From: Lama guanicoe
Lineage: Eukaryota
Length of the DNA stretch: 64,000 nt
Direction: 5' to 3'
Assembly: GCA_013239625.1 (NCBI GenBank)
Contig: MU054212.1
Coordinates: 3,622,744-3,686,743, forward strand
Shown: piece by piece, positions 26,357-38,231 of the stretch
How positions within the stretch are numbered: the first letter of the stretch is position 1
How the letters are laid out: every line of letters starts with the position of its first letter
Notes under the pieces: model-generated
Seen by the model: the letters and a program-made list of their open reading frames with translations, nothing else
What the model was told of the DNA's origin: nothing
Database searches by the model: none
Position numbers and translations under genes: made by a program

Positions 26357-27339
26357 CAATTCTTGATAGTGATGGAAAACCAGTTACTTCTGACCCCAGC
26401 AGTGTCCAAATTTCTAAATGGCTGAAACTGATGTTTTTCTTTTTCTGCATTCTTCTGCTCACTGACACTTTATTTTGCCTCTTCTAAGACATTGATAAAA
26501 TTCTAACTTGCGTGTGAATTCTGTACATATACTTGGAAAATGTACATTTCTGGAGAGCAGGAACTGGACTCCAAATGACAAATAGTTTCTTCTCTTCTGT
26601 CAACTTCTATTTATCAATTGGGTGAGGCTGCCCGGAGCACAGAGCTAGAAGAATTAGAACTATTCCAAGGATGGGATTTTGCAATCAAGAATATCTGCCC
26701 AAATACAGAAGGTATTTTAAGGATCCTAAACTATACTTTCACTAGCCTATCTCTCAGCACCCCTGGCAGGGCCCCTTCTCACCCAAAGCACATCACAGAA
26801 GGCAGCAGTCACTGAGAAAATTGGTAGATGTTGTAAAGAAGGTAAAACAACATACATAAAATCACCACCAAGTCCCTATTTCTTTGATCTTTTGGGTTTA
26901 AGAAAATGCACAACATTTTGTCTATTATTTTTAAATCATAAAAATATAGGTTCCAATGTGCCTAGAAAATTTCTGGAAATACACAACAAAACGTTTAATG
27001 ATGACTGCCCGGGAATGAGAATGCAACCGGCTGGAGGAAGTCCTTTGCTCTGAGCACAATTTCTGGAGGAGGGGCCTCACCACCAGGCGCTTTGGTAAAG
27101 TATGACTTCTGAGTTAACGCTGATATCAAGTGTAATCCCAGACCAACCTCCTTAAGAGGAGGATTCTTCTGTCACTTTAGGATCCTGGCCATTTTCTGAA
27201 ATAAAATAGGTGCTCAATGTAAGCTTGTCGGATGATTTGATGAATCAACCAACCAAGCAACCCACCAAAGGGCCTTACACGTGCTACCTAAATTACAACT
27301 ATAGGCCACTTCCGCCCAAACCCCTTTCTTGCTTCATGA

Positions 27340-27525
27340 CAGCCAGTTTGACCAGAATTCACACTTTTTGTCTCTGTCATTTGTTAGCTGTAGGGTTTAG
27401 GGTAAATGTTTTGAGTCTCAATTTCCCCCTTTGTAAAATGGGGATGAGCCTTCTTTTGCAAAGTTGTTGTTGAGATTAAGTAGGATGATACCCAGCTTGG
27501 GACCAAGTGAATGGTAGGTACCACT
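27340..27525 (+). mobile_element. MIR SINE
   Basis: Core gagtctcaatttccccctttgtaaaatgggga...gttgttgagattaag. Confidence 0.8.
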
Positions 27526-30520
27526 GTGGTTAATTTCTTCTAGGTGCCACTAACTTTCAAGGCTAACTTTGTGGGTGATTTTCCTTCTCTTTATTTCAGT
27601 GATGTGGTAGGAACTTAACAACAACAAAAAAATCCTGCAAAAATGTTATTATTCAGCTTCTACTGGGTGATCGGATATCCCAGACTTGGACTGTACTCCC
27701 TGTGAGCACTTACAGAAGTGGATGGCAATAATTTAAAAGACAACGCAGCTGAGCTGATTCATCAGTCAGTGCCCTCCGCTGAACTACCTGTCTCCATGAT
27801 GTCCCTAAGGTGCTTGCCTATTTCCCAATGCCCTTCATGTGGCACTTAATAATACAATGTCAAATTTGTCCTTCAATAGGTAATCACATTGTTATCAGAG
27901 TTTGAGAGGGACAAAAATAATAATGTGAAATTGTTGGGGGTGAATGCCACCTTCATAAATGTATTTAATTTCTTCTAATCCCTTTTTCTTTTGGCTGCAA
28001 CACGAATCCTATGTGAATTTTAATCAGTTTCTATAAAAGCATTTCTTTTGAACTTTTTGAAAAATCACACATATCATATTTTCTAGAATGACAGCCACTT
28101 TCCATCTTTACATGTGTCCATGTTTTTTTCTAAGTTCCTTAAAAAGTTAAGAAAAAGTTGATAGAAGTGGCAAACCCTTTTATCTAACCATAACCCTGTT
28201 GGTCTAAATACTGAATGCCTTCTTAAGTTGTTTTTAAAACCTAATAGTCTAAAGTCTAGACAGACATTTCAGTGATTAAGTAAGCTATTTCGTCAATTCA
28301 GTTAAATAAATTAGATATGACTAACTCATTTTGGTGTCTCCTAACTCAGCTTACAGCCTTGTCCAAACATAGTGGGTGCTAATAAATATTTATTGATTTG
28401 AGTTGTTTATTCATTGAAGTGAAATGTACTTAGGTTGAAAGTAGAGCAAGTAATGTTGATAATGCATGTGAAACGCCTAATGGCGCCTATTAAGTCTTTT
28501 TCCAATTCTTGCGCACCTTCCTCTGATGAGTGAGCTTCATTTGCTCCTGTTGTGTTATTGAGCTTGGATTTAGATGCAGATTGGCAAATTGCTTTCCCAA
28601 TATCTACTATCTGTTTTGTTTTAATAACTGTTTATTGGGTTTTAAGTCATCTCCCCACCGTCTTCGTTCTTCGCGTCCCTCTGTTGTGAACGGCTGCACA
28701 AATGAGAAAAAGGGAAAGAAGAAACACCATGGATGCCAGTGAGAACAGTTTTCTCAGCAGCAGGTGTGACTCATTAATAAGTGAGTTCACTGTCAAAGAA
28801 GAATCGTTAATGTTTTCACTCCTGTGAGACAATAACTCTGTAAGAGTTTGATTTGATCAAATAATGAGTAGATGAACTGTAGGAGGATTCAGATTAACTG
28901 TGAAATGATTACTTCTGGGAATCTGATTTAGTACTTTTTAATTTTTAAATATGAGAGCATGATACTGGAAGATCAGTAAGTCTGAGGAAAGAACAAGAGA
29001 TCACCCAGTATGTTTTTATACACAACCGTAATTATACAATTATGAAGCTAATTAAAACAGCTACACGTTAGATTAGCCCTCTTGATCCTTTATATTTTGA
29101 ATTCCAGTAAGTCACCACGATCAAACCACCAAGGGGCATATACTTCTATCAGGTAATCTATATTTTGTCACTGTAACCAAAACAAAACGTAAAATACTGG
29201 CTTTTTTCTATTTGGCTTAAATGTGAAATTGCTGTTCCCAACTAGGATGCCCCCCGGGCACTCTCCAGCCCTCCACCTCCACACGTGGGGTTAACCAGAC
29301 ACCCTGAGGAACTCTGACGTGTGACTCTGGCCATCCACGTTCTGATTGCAACATTGCCTTTGGTCTTCGGTATTTGAGAACGTTAATGTGGTGTCAGGCA
29401 TCCTTTACCCCATGTGTTCCTAGCGGCTGGCACCCAGAGCAGCCCCTCCATCTTTACAGCCTCCACACTAAGCTTCAGGCCGTCCTGGCGGGTGAGGGGC
29501 TGTCCCCTTCCCCGGGCTTTTAAGGCCACTGTTCCACAACGCCGGTAGGTCTTGCCAGTCCATGTCCCCTCCCTCCTTTGATGATCAGACCATGCACTTA
29601 CATTTCTCTCTAGGTTGTCCTAAGCTGTGCTGGAGAAAGAAGGAACATTGCTCGCACAAGTGAGATCGTTTTTCTGTATGTGATGTATGGACAGCTGTTC
29701 ACACTCTAAGAATGCAGTGATTACAACCTAAGTTGTGGCTGGAAGATGAGTTGTTCTATGTTTCTACTATCAAATTCTGACAGATGAATATCACATGATC
29801 AGAAAACAAATTACTGTTCACATTTTCCCACAGCTGCTGGGTGAGCCTTGCCTCTGCGGTCATCTTCAGTGAAACCCAGCCACAGCGCACGGTTTGACAG
29901 AGTCACTGGAAGCCGGTAGCCACAGGTGGCACAATGGATGGTGCAGCATCGTGAGGAACAAAGCGGGTGACGCTACACAGATGGCACTAGGGAGCTGTAA
30001 AAGCAAGAAACTCTATACTGCTTCCCAGCACGGCGTTGTGAGAAGTTACAGCCATGGCCACCTTTCTGTCCTGATGGGAGACGTGGAATTAGCCAGGAGA
30101 GGGTGCATTTGACAACAGAGAGGATAAAGAGATGGTGCCTGGACACCTCACATGCACTGGAATGGGTAACAAACAAATACTTAAGTACTTCTTTTCTACC
30201 CTTTATTCTGTATCTTCATCAATAAATCCCTATGCCTCATAAATGCCTATAAAATCTGCATTTTATAATGCATTTTTAAGTGAATCTGTTTATCTAGGCA
30301 AGGACCTGGCAAAAAAAAGAAAAGAAAGAAAAAAACCAGTTTGCCCAAGGCTTCACATGCCCTAGCAGTGGCCCAGAAGTTCTAAATTTGGGAACGTTTT
30401 TGATCTGTATCCTTATGCAATGCAAAAACTGCGAGCCAGGGCTTGTCGGGTCTCATCACTGTCAAGTTCACTAGGAAGAAGTTATAATCTCATAAACCAA
30501 ACAGTTGTATTTGGGGTCAG

Positions 30521-30891
30521 TGTCTTAGTGAGCCTGGGCTCTTGTAACAAAATGTCATACAGCGGGTAACTTCAACAACAGACATTTATTTCTCACAGGT
30601 CTAGGGGCTGGGGGTCTGAGAGCAGGTTGGGTTCTGCTGAGAACGCTCTTCCTGCCTTGCACGCGCCTTTTTTTCTCGCTGTGTCCTCACATGGGGAGGG
30701 GAGGCAGGAAGTGAGTGAGACTGCCATCTCTCTGTTCTCGTCTTACAAGGGCGCTCTTCCCGTCACCAGGGCCCTAGTCTCACCATGTCATCTAAACCTG
30801 ACTTCTCAAAGGCCCCATTGCCAAAGACATCACTTCGGGAGTTAGGGCTCCAACATGTGAATTGTGGGGGGACACGGTTCAGTCCATAGCA
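30521..30891 (-). mobile_element. MaLR solo LTR, MLT1A/MLT1B-like
   Basis: tgtcttagt...caacagacatttatttctcacag...tgtgtcctcacatgg...caacatgtgaattgtggggggacacggttcagtccatagca; TG...CA termini. Confidence 0.9.
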
Positions 30892-30960
30892 CGCAGTCTT
30901 CAGTTGCGAGAACTCTGTTCCTAACATTGAATCAAACCGCGTTTTTGCACTGCATCCCTC

Positions 30961-31460
30961 CGTTGAGGAAGATAAACTTTCCTCTATCCTCTTAAGTTTA
31001 GTTTGTGGGAACCTTCCAATTAAATTAACAAAAGATAGATTAAGCACCCCATTTTTATTAACATTTATGTGCACAGGAGTTCACAGAAAAGAAATGAAAT
31101 TCAAAGTCACAGACTAGGGGCATATATATTCTTTTAACAAAGGAAAGAGGGTTTGCACTTCCAGGGATGACCAATTGTGGGGAAGTGACTTGGCGATATA
31201 CGGGGGAACTGATGGAAAATAAAGGCTATTCTAATAAGGTCTGTTGATGCAAACTCTTCTGGTGTCAGTTCCCCAACTTCTATGGTAAGAGTCACTTTTC
31301 TCTCCCTGGTAGGAGATGAGGGGTTCCTTCCCCAAAGGGAATTTTCCATCCTATTTTTAAGGAGATGAGAGAGTAGAGAACTCTTTCTGCATCTGTTGCC
31401 TTCAGCACAAAATAATCCATCTGCCAAAGCATCACATTTTGGGGGAAGTGATCACCTTCA
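30961..31460 (-). mobile_element. ERV1 solo LTR (MER34-like group)
   Basis: Minus strand begins tgaagg...cccaaaatgtgatgctttggcagatggattattttgtgctgaaggcaa; AATAAA near the 3' end; 4-bp flanks cctc/cctg consistent with an ERV1 TSD. Confidence 0.8.
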
Positions 31461-31614
31461 CCTGCGACAGCGGTCCTCACTACGCATCAGAACTTTTTTT
31501 TTTTGATTAGGTGACCAGGTTCATGCCTCAGTGATCAGCTTTCACATGGTCTGGGGGGCCCAGATGGGGGGAGACCCCAGGAACACTGCTGACGCCCTGC
31601 CGTGGGGCCAGATT

Positions 31615-31803
31615 GGTGCTACTTCTCATTCCGGCTGCACAAGGTCGTCCAAGAACGTTTGAAAACATATCGCTGCCAAGGCTCTCCCAGAGACTAATTA
31701 AATCAAAAATTCAAGTGATGGGGCCCTAAGATTGGTCATTTGGAACTTTATAAACGCTCAGATAACTCTGGTCTGCAATGAATGTGGGGACGACGACTCT
31801 AGA
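31615..31803. mobile_element. MER5-like MITE
   Basis: ggctgcac...ccagagactaattaaatcaaaaatt...gggccctaagattgg...cagataactct. Confidence 0.6.
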
Positions 31804-32910
31804 GCAATTTCAGCTGGTGTTTCTCTCTCTCCACATAGTGAAAAAGCACACTCTCTTTTTTTCCAAATCAACTGATTTCTCTGTCCAGAAAAACAAACTT
31901 AATCATAAATCTCATTCTATGCCAAAAGTTGTGATCTTCGACCTAGAAGATGCTCAAGTTCTTCTCATGTTCAACCACAAACTTCCCCGGATCTTAATTC
32001 CGTTGGTTCATTATTCGCATGGACCCATCCCCAGTCTCCTGAAAAGCAGAGCCTCTCTAATTTCGTGTGTTTGTGTTTATCCGTAAATAGACCGTGTAGG
32101 AGTCTGGGGCTGCTTTCCGAACGGTGCCACAAGGAGAGCCAGGACTATGCCAGGCAAGTTTCTGCCATCCCTGCCCTGCCCGCCTTCGCAGAGCAGGACC
32201 ACATCCGCGCAACCAGCCCCCATCAGGTGGGAGGCAAAGCAGGCTGCCTGACTGATCAGCAAAAACGGGAGCTGGCAGGCTTGGGAGGAACACAACCAAA
32301 TCTCAGGCTTGTGTTTATCCAATCGATAAATGCCACGGCTCCTGAATAACTGTTGTTTAAACTCATCTCTCCGTGGCAGGACAAAAGGAGTGTAATGAAA
32401 GCCACACCGTTAGAGAGCTCATTAGAGTCAGGGAGGAGAAAGCAGGCTTTGAGATCATCGCTCTCAGGCCGACAACACCCAGACCGTCTTTCAGTTCACA
32501 ATAAGATCAGTGGGCAGGGCGGTGGCTAGGCAGAGCCATTTGCTTTGTCTGGAGAAAGATCACAGAGAGGAGGACAATCAGTAGCTTCATGGTAGAAAAA
32601 TCTCCCTGGTTTGCGCAAGCCTTTCGCTGAATCTTTTGTTGCTAATTCGGTTTTGGTAATATGAATCTCCTCCAGCGCCTTTCAGTGGGAGCATTCTAGG
32701 AGCGGCTAGCCAAGCAGAAAGGCCACAGATCAGGCCTATTGTCTGCTGGCAAAGGCTCCATTGAACCCTAATGGACGCAGGAATCCAGCAAAACAAAGAA
32801 TCCTTAGTGCTTTGCTCAAATGAATCCTACATCAGAGGCTAAGGGAGTCGTTTTGATTATCTGAAAAGGTAGTGATTGGAACAGCATATATCATGAACCC
32901 CTCTCCCCAG

Positions 32911-32995
32911 AAAAAAAAAAAAAAAAAGAAAGAAAGAAGGAAGGAAGGAAAGGGAGTAAGAATGAATGAACCCAAAAATGAGAGAAAGAATGAAA
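32911..32995. repeat. A/GA-rich low-complexity tract
   Basis: A17 followed by gaaa/ggaa/gaat units. Confidence 0.85.
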
Positions 32996-33050
32996 CTTCT
33001 CTACCTGCAATACTTCCTCAAGGGTCTGTTGGCAAATATTTGAAAGCTTG

Positions 33051-33112
33051 TAACACAACACTGTAAACTGACTACACTTCAATTAAAAAAATTAATATTT
33101 TTTTTAAAAAGT
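33051..33112 (+). mobile_element. Very short L1 3' terminus
   Basis: taacacaacactgtaaactgactacacttcaattaaaaaaa; gaaagctt on both flanks may be a TSD. Confidence 0.7.
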
Positions 33113-33696
33113 GTAAGAAAGCTTAGAATTCCTATGCTGCGTGGTCTGCAGCATCCTTTACATGAAGGCAGACATCTGCTACTCATTGTTTCTAGAGAGT
33201 CTGGCTGTGTTAGTCTTTCAGCTGGTCTTCCCAGTGTTTGTGACAAGTGGGACGAGGAAGGGCGTGTTCAGCTTGGCTGTACAAGACGTTACCTTTTAAT
33301 GTACTGTAACTTCTAGAAATCAAGTCATCTTTTCTCTAAAATCGTGAGCATTCATTTTATTAGTCTGAATTTGTAATTTCTGCACTGGCTCTCCGCCGAG
33401 TTCCTCCTCTAACCCGAAAGACTCTCTTTACCTGATGGGGACACTTTAGTGACATTTCTGCTCTCACTATTGGGGTCAGGTTGCCGACTAAGCACAGGGC
33501 GCTGTGACTGTTAGAAAATGACAAAGTGAAAGGACTTTAGCACTGAAATTAAGACAAGCGAATGGAAGCGTGAGTTATCTTAACCTGGAGAAACGGCATT
33601 TGACCATCACCAAGAGGGATTTACTCATTCTACTGCAATAAAGAAATACAAAAAATAATAATAATAAAACAGAAATCACCACCCATACCACTGACT

Positions 33697-33890
33697 GACC
33701 ACTTTCCATATGACAAGAGTTAAGTTCATTTAATACCCACAAATACCCTGAAGGAGAAATGAAGCTATTTTTACTACTTTACAAGAAACAAAACAGGTTA
33801 AGAGCACTTAGGGGACTTGCAAGAAGCCATGTAGCAACTAAGCAGATCCACGACTGGACCCCAAGGCTGGCTGCCGCCAAGACCCACCCT
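33697..33890 (-). mobile_element. MIR SINE
   Basis: tcatttaatacccacaaataccctgaagg...ttaggggacttgcaagaagccatgtagc. Confidence 0.7.
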
Positions 33891-34439
33891 CCGTGGAGCC
33901 TCCTCCAGTTTCCCTCCAGCACCCTTTCCAGATTTATCCTTTCCTCTTCTTTATCCTACAGAGATGGTCTCCCAAACCTGTCCTTTCTGAAACCGACTGA
34001 AAAAAGATCTGCCTTGCTGCTCCCAGATTATGAAATGGGGGACTTTAGTTTGAAAAAAAAACATTTTATTCAGTTGGGAGGTTTGGTTCCTTCTTATGTG
34101 ATCCAGTTAAAATAACGTCCTACAGAGCCCTTTAGAAAGAAAACTGCAAGGAGGCAGAAAAACAGGCTTAAGGCAGACTTAGCTACTGCCCCCTGCTCTC
34201 CTCCCTAAGGGTTCTGCAAGAGCCGCTGCCACGTCCCTCTGCTTAAAGATTTGCCCACATCAGTGCAGCTCCAGGAGAAGGAGGATGCTCACGAGTGAGT
34301 CTCATGCCACTGTCTTCAGGATCAGCACGCATCCAACAAACATAGACGTTCGGTCAGACGTGACGTAAGCAAGGACTTTCACATCGCTCCCCGTGGCAGG
34401 GGGATTCCATTTGGTTCTTCTTAGATTTTTAATCCCTAC

Positions 34440-34702
34440 TAGGGTTGTCAGCGTCAGCAAATAAAAATATATAAGATGCACAGCTGAATCTGAATTTCAG
34501 ATAGGCAATGAAAAATTTCCTAGTAAATTTAAGTTTATATTTCCCATGAAAGGTAACGTTTAGTGTAAATGTTTTTAACAGAAGTGTGTCCCAGGCAATA
34601 TCTGGGGTATTCTTATACTAACAAGTTATTTATATTAAAAATTATATATTGTTTTTCAGAAATTTAAATATAACTGGATATCCTAATCTTATTTGGCAAC
34701 CA
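34440..34702. mobile_element. MER53 palindromic hAT MITE
   Basis: Termini agggttgtcag / tttggcaacc; internal agcaaataaaaata, tgaatttcagata, tgtcccaggcaatatctgggg, cttatacta. Confidence 0.85.
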
Positions 34703-34795
34703 CAGGACTCACTATGCTGAATCTGCACATGATGATGAAACCTGGAATGGGCTGTTTGCGGGAAGAGACTTTGCCTTTAAATTAAAAAAAAAATT

Positions 34796-35148
34796 CAGAG
34801 AAAGACAAATACTATATGACATCACTTGTATGTGGAATCTTAAAAATAAAAGCAAACTAGTGAATACAACAAAAAAGAAACAGACTCACAGATATAGAGA
34901 ACTAGAGGTTACCAGCGGGGAGAGGAAGGAGGGGAGAGGCAACGTAGGGGTAGGGTATTAAGTGGTACAAACTACTAGGTATAAAATAAATAAGCCACAA
35001 AGATATATTGTACAGCACAGGGAATACAGCCAATATTTTATAATAACTATAAATGGACTATAAACTTGAGAAATTATAAATCACTGTGTTGTACCCTTGA
35101 GACTTACATAATATTGTACTTCAACTCTACCTCGATTAAGAAAAAAGG
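34796..35148 (+). mobile_element. L1 3' end (intermediate-age laurasiatherian subfamily)
   Basis: cagagaaagacaaatactatatgacatcacttgtatgtggaatct...acagactcacagatatagagaac...tgtacagcacagggaatacagccaatattttataataact, A-rich tail. Confidence 0.92.
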
Positions 35149-35539
35149 AAAATCTCCTCCCCCTCAGCCAAAAAATTCCAAAAACTGACAGTATTCGACT
35201 ACAGAAGAGATCTGACTACTCTAAGAGAACAAAGCCATTTCTGGCCACAATGTATTATCATATATCACTTCCTCACAGCTGTAAACAGCTATTAAGTACA
35301 AACAATGAAGGCACTGACAGACCAAAAAAAAAAATTAAGACACATAGTAATGTAGGTGCATATTTATTTGCAGTCTATTCTGAGTACCGCTGTGAGAAAA
35401 CTAAAGAATGTGTCAGTTGGTGTAACATTTTCCTTGTAATTTTATTGTGATTTCATTGTCGCTTGATTGCTAATTTATTGTCTTTGTTTTTTGAGGGTTT
35501 TTTGGTATCAATCGTGGTGGAATATTTTCCGGACACATA

Positions 35540-35660
35540 CTCATTCATTCACTCAACAAACATTTACTGAGTACTAACTATGTGCTAGGCATTTACCTTG
35601 TGCGATAAGGACTCAAAAATGAATATAAGCCAACCAGTATCTTTAGGCAACCTCCTGTTC
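35540..35660 (-). mobile_element. L2 3' end
   Basis: tcattcattcactcaacaaacatttactgagtactaactatgtgctaggca. Confidence 0.8.
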
Positions 35661-38036
35661 TGTTACGAGCGTCAGTGCCGGAGGATTCAGGGAGGAAGGC
35701 ATCACTTACGCCTGAAGCAGAGGCACGGTGGGGTGGACACAAGTGGACCTCCCATCCGTCCATGTTGAAAAAAGAAAAAAGTTGTTGTCAGAAACCAGTC
35801 CTTATAATTCAACCACCTCAGTATTTACTAACTTTTGCTGCCTAATATTTCACAGGAATGGCAAATTGGAACAAGGATGTTTCAAATAGAAAATTATTTT
35901 TAAAAGTAAAGAAAAGGCCTCCAGTGACCGCTTGCTAGTCCTTCATTGTTCCGCTTGGGTGGTTTTACTTTAAGTGTCACGAGTAGTTAGCCTTGAGTGC
36001 ACGTTAATGAGCTTCAGCACGTCTCATCATTTTGCCAGGATCAACAAATACCGCTTTTACAAGCGTTAACTCCATACTGCTTTCTCAGGGTCTCATCTGG
36101 GAAAACTGATTTATTTTCTCAGGGCCTGTTTGTTGTTGCTGTTGTTTTATCAATAGAGTGTGAAAAATATATATTATGATTTCTACCTTCCTACCCGGAA
36201 TAGTAATGAAGGCAGTGCCTGCGAGAAGCCTTCCACCTCCTGCAGGATTCTGAACTCCTGAGCTGCGCAGCGTGGCTCAGCCCAGCTCCACACATCCCTC
36301 AGACTGGTGGTAGCTAGGAGGAGCTGCTGGCCAGGTATCTCAACTCAAATGAAAGCGCTTTGCACTCTTCCTGAAGCGCAAAGCTACTGCTGTTTACACT
36401 TAAGCTGTGGGTCTTGAAGCTTTGCATCCCCTTGCTTCTTGGGTTTGCGTGCGGCGTGTGAACCGGGGCTGCAGAGAGAAATTACTGCTGGTCTCATTAC
36501 CGCCTGTCTGGGTTTGGGCTCCAGATGACGCATCTGGGTCGCTTACATCTGCACCAGAATCTGTTTTCTTCTGCTGTCTCCGATTATTGCTACTTCTTTG
36601 TGTTGACACAGCTCTAACGGACTCAAAGATACTTCAGTGTCATTATTTCTCTCAACAACATCCTTCCTTAATAAAGATGATTTTTTCCATCAATGTCAAG
36701 AATGTCCAAATAATGTTCAAAAATATTTGTATCTATCCGTCATTGCAGACAATCCCATCAATGTTTTAATACAAAACAAATCCCCAGACACTGAGAGCAG
36801 AGCTAACAGGCCAATTGTCACAGAAGAGAACTCAGACAGGTCAACAATCATTTATTTCAAAATATCATTTCCCTACCAAGGTCAAGCCATCTCAGGAGTC
36901 AGCGGACATGTACCTGGAAGCCTCGGGGGGACAACTGCAGTTAGTCTACTGTTGTCCATGTGACATTTTTCCCTATTATCCATCAAGAATGAGTCACAGT
37001 CACATTAGATGATGACCTCAATTTCAGCAAACTTTTTTTTTTTTGCTTTGATGTTATTACAGTTAAACTGTAAGTATCGTGCACAGAGGCACTGTTGGTA
37101 TTTGCTTTCCAATTAACTGATAAAGCCCCTCGAAATTTCACTGTAACATGTGAGAGGCCTTGAAGGGAAAACCATCTCTGGATGTGGAGTTTCATACAAT
37201 TGCTCAGTGACAGTTGGGATGCCTTGTGTTCCAGAGCAATTCTTACCAACAAGTATTTGTCACGTTTAATTGACAGTTGAATGTTATAATTATGTATTAA
37301 GAATATTTACTCCAGCCAAGCATTAAGGTAAGCAAATAACTTAGCTTTTTTCTCTCCTAAGAATTAGGGAGAAGCATGCTAAATATTTCCTTATTTACTT
37401 ACAGACTGCCTGTAACCACATATCTCTGAAGGCCTTTTGGGAATGGCATCTGAAGTTTCGTGTGTGCGATCAGTATCACAGCAGTGTGGCTTGCCACTTG
37501 GGCTCCATCAAAGCCGGGCCGACTCCTGGCCCTTTCTCTGCTTAAGAAACAGAGCCTGATCTTGATCCTAACAGCATCTGTTTAGGATTACCCACTATGT
37601 TTAAATGCTCCTCCTTTGACCTCCGATTTTTTGCAGAATCCTATCCAGTTCTTATCTCCTAAGGGTGCCACTTTTGCTTAGAATGAGATAGAGTGTCTGC
37701 CTGACTAGAGATACAGGCCTGAGAATTGTGAATTCTTCCTTGTAAAATCTGGGTTCGTTTTCCCCCCAGCATTTATACTGAGTGTTAGAGAAAAAGACAA
37801 AGAAGGAAGGGATGACGCGTGACTTTCCCCCACTGCCTTCCTATCACCTCTTCTGTTTCTAAAATTGCCTCTTTTCTCTTGGGAAAGGGGGAAGTGCCTT
37901 CTTTGCATGGCAGAGTGTGGCTAAGAAGAGGCCAGGTCTGAGTGAGAAGTTAGAGCTTTTATAAAGTACGTGAAAAGTCCCCACTGTGCAACACTGTTTA
38001 ATGCTGCTTTTTTCTGTATCAAGTTTTTTTTTTTTT

Positions 38037-38231
38037 AAGTCTCTTTATATTTGTGAGTGAGTGGACACGACTGGGGTTCTTTTTCATGGGCTCCCATCTC
38101 AAAACCCTTTCAGATATCAGGAGAGTGGTAGATAAAGTCTCTTTATATTTGTGAGTGAGTGGACAGGACTGGGGTTCTTTCTCATGGGCTCCCATCTCAA
38201 AACCCTTTCAGATATCAGGAGAGTGGTAGAT
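38037..38231. repeat. Tandem duplication, period 98 bp, two copies
   Basis: 38037-38133 vs 38135-38231: 97 bp each, 2 substitutions. Confidence 0.97.

Noticed and set aside
25975..26409. 144-aa minus-strand ORF
   Set aside because: It is the C-terminus of L1 ORF2 in a 5'-truncated insertion; the N-terminal residues come from flank. Not a host gene
29821..29846. cag|CTGCTGG|gtgagc 7-nt microexon-like pattern
   Set aside because: Frame-shifting length, short pyrimidine tract, no supporting gene context
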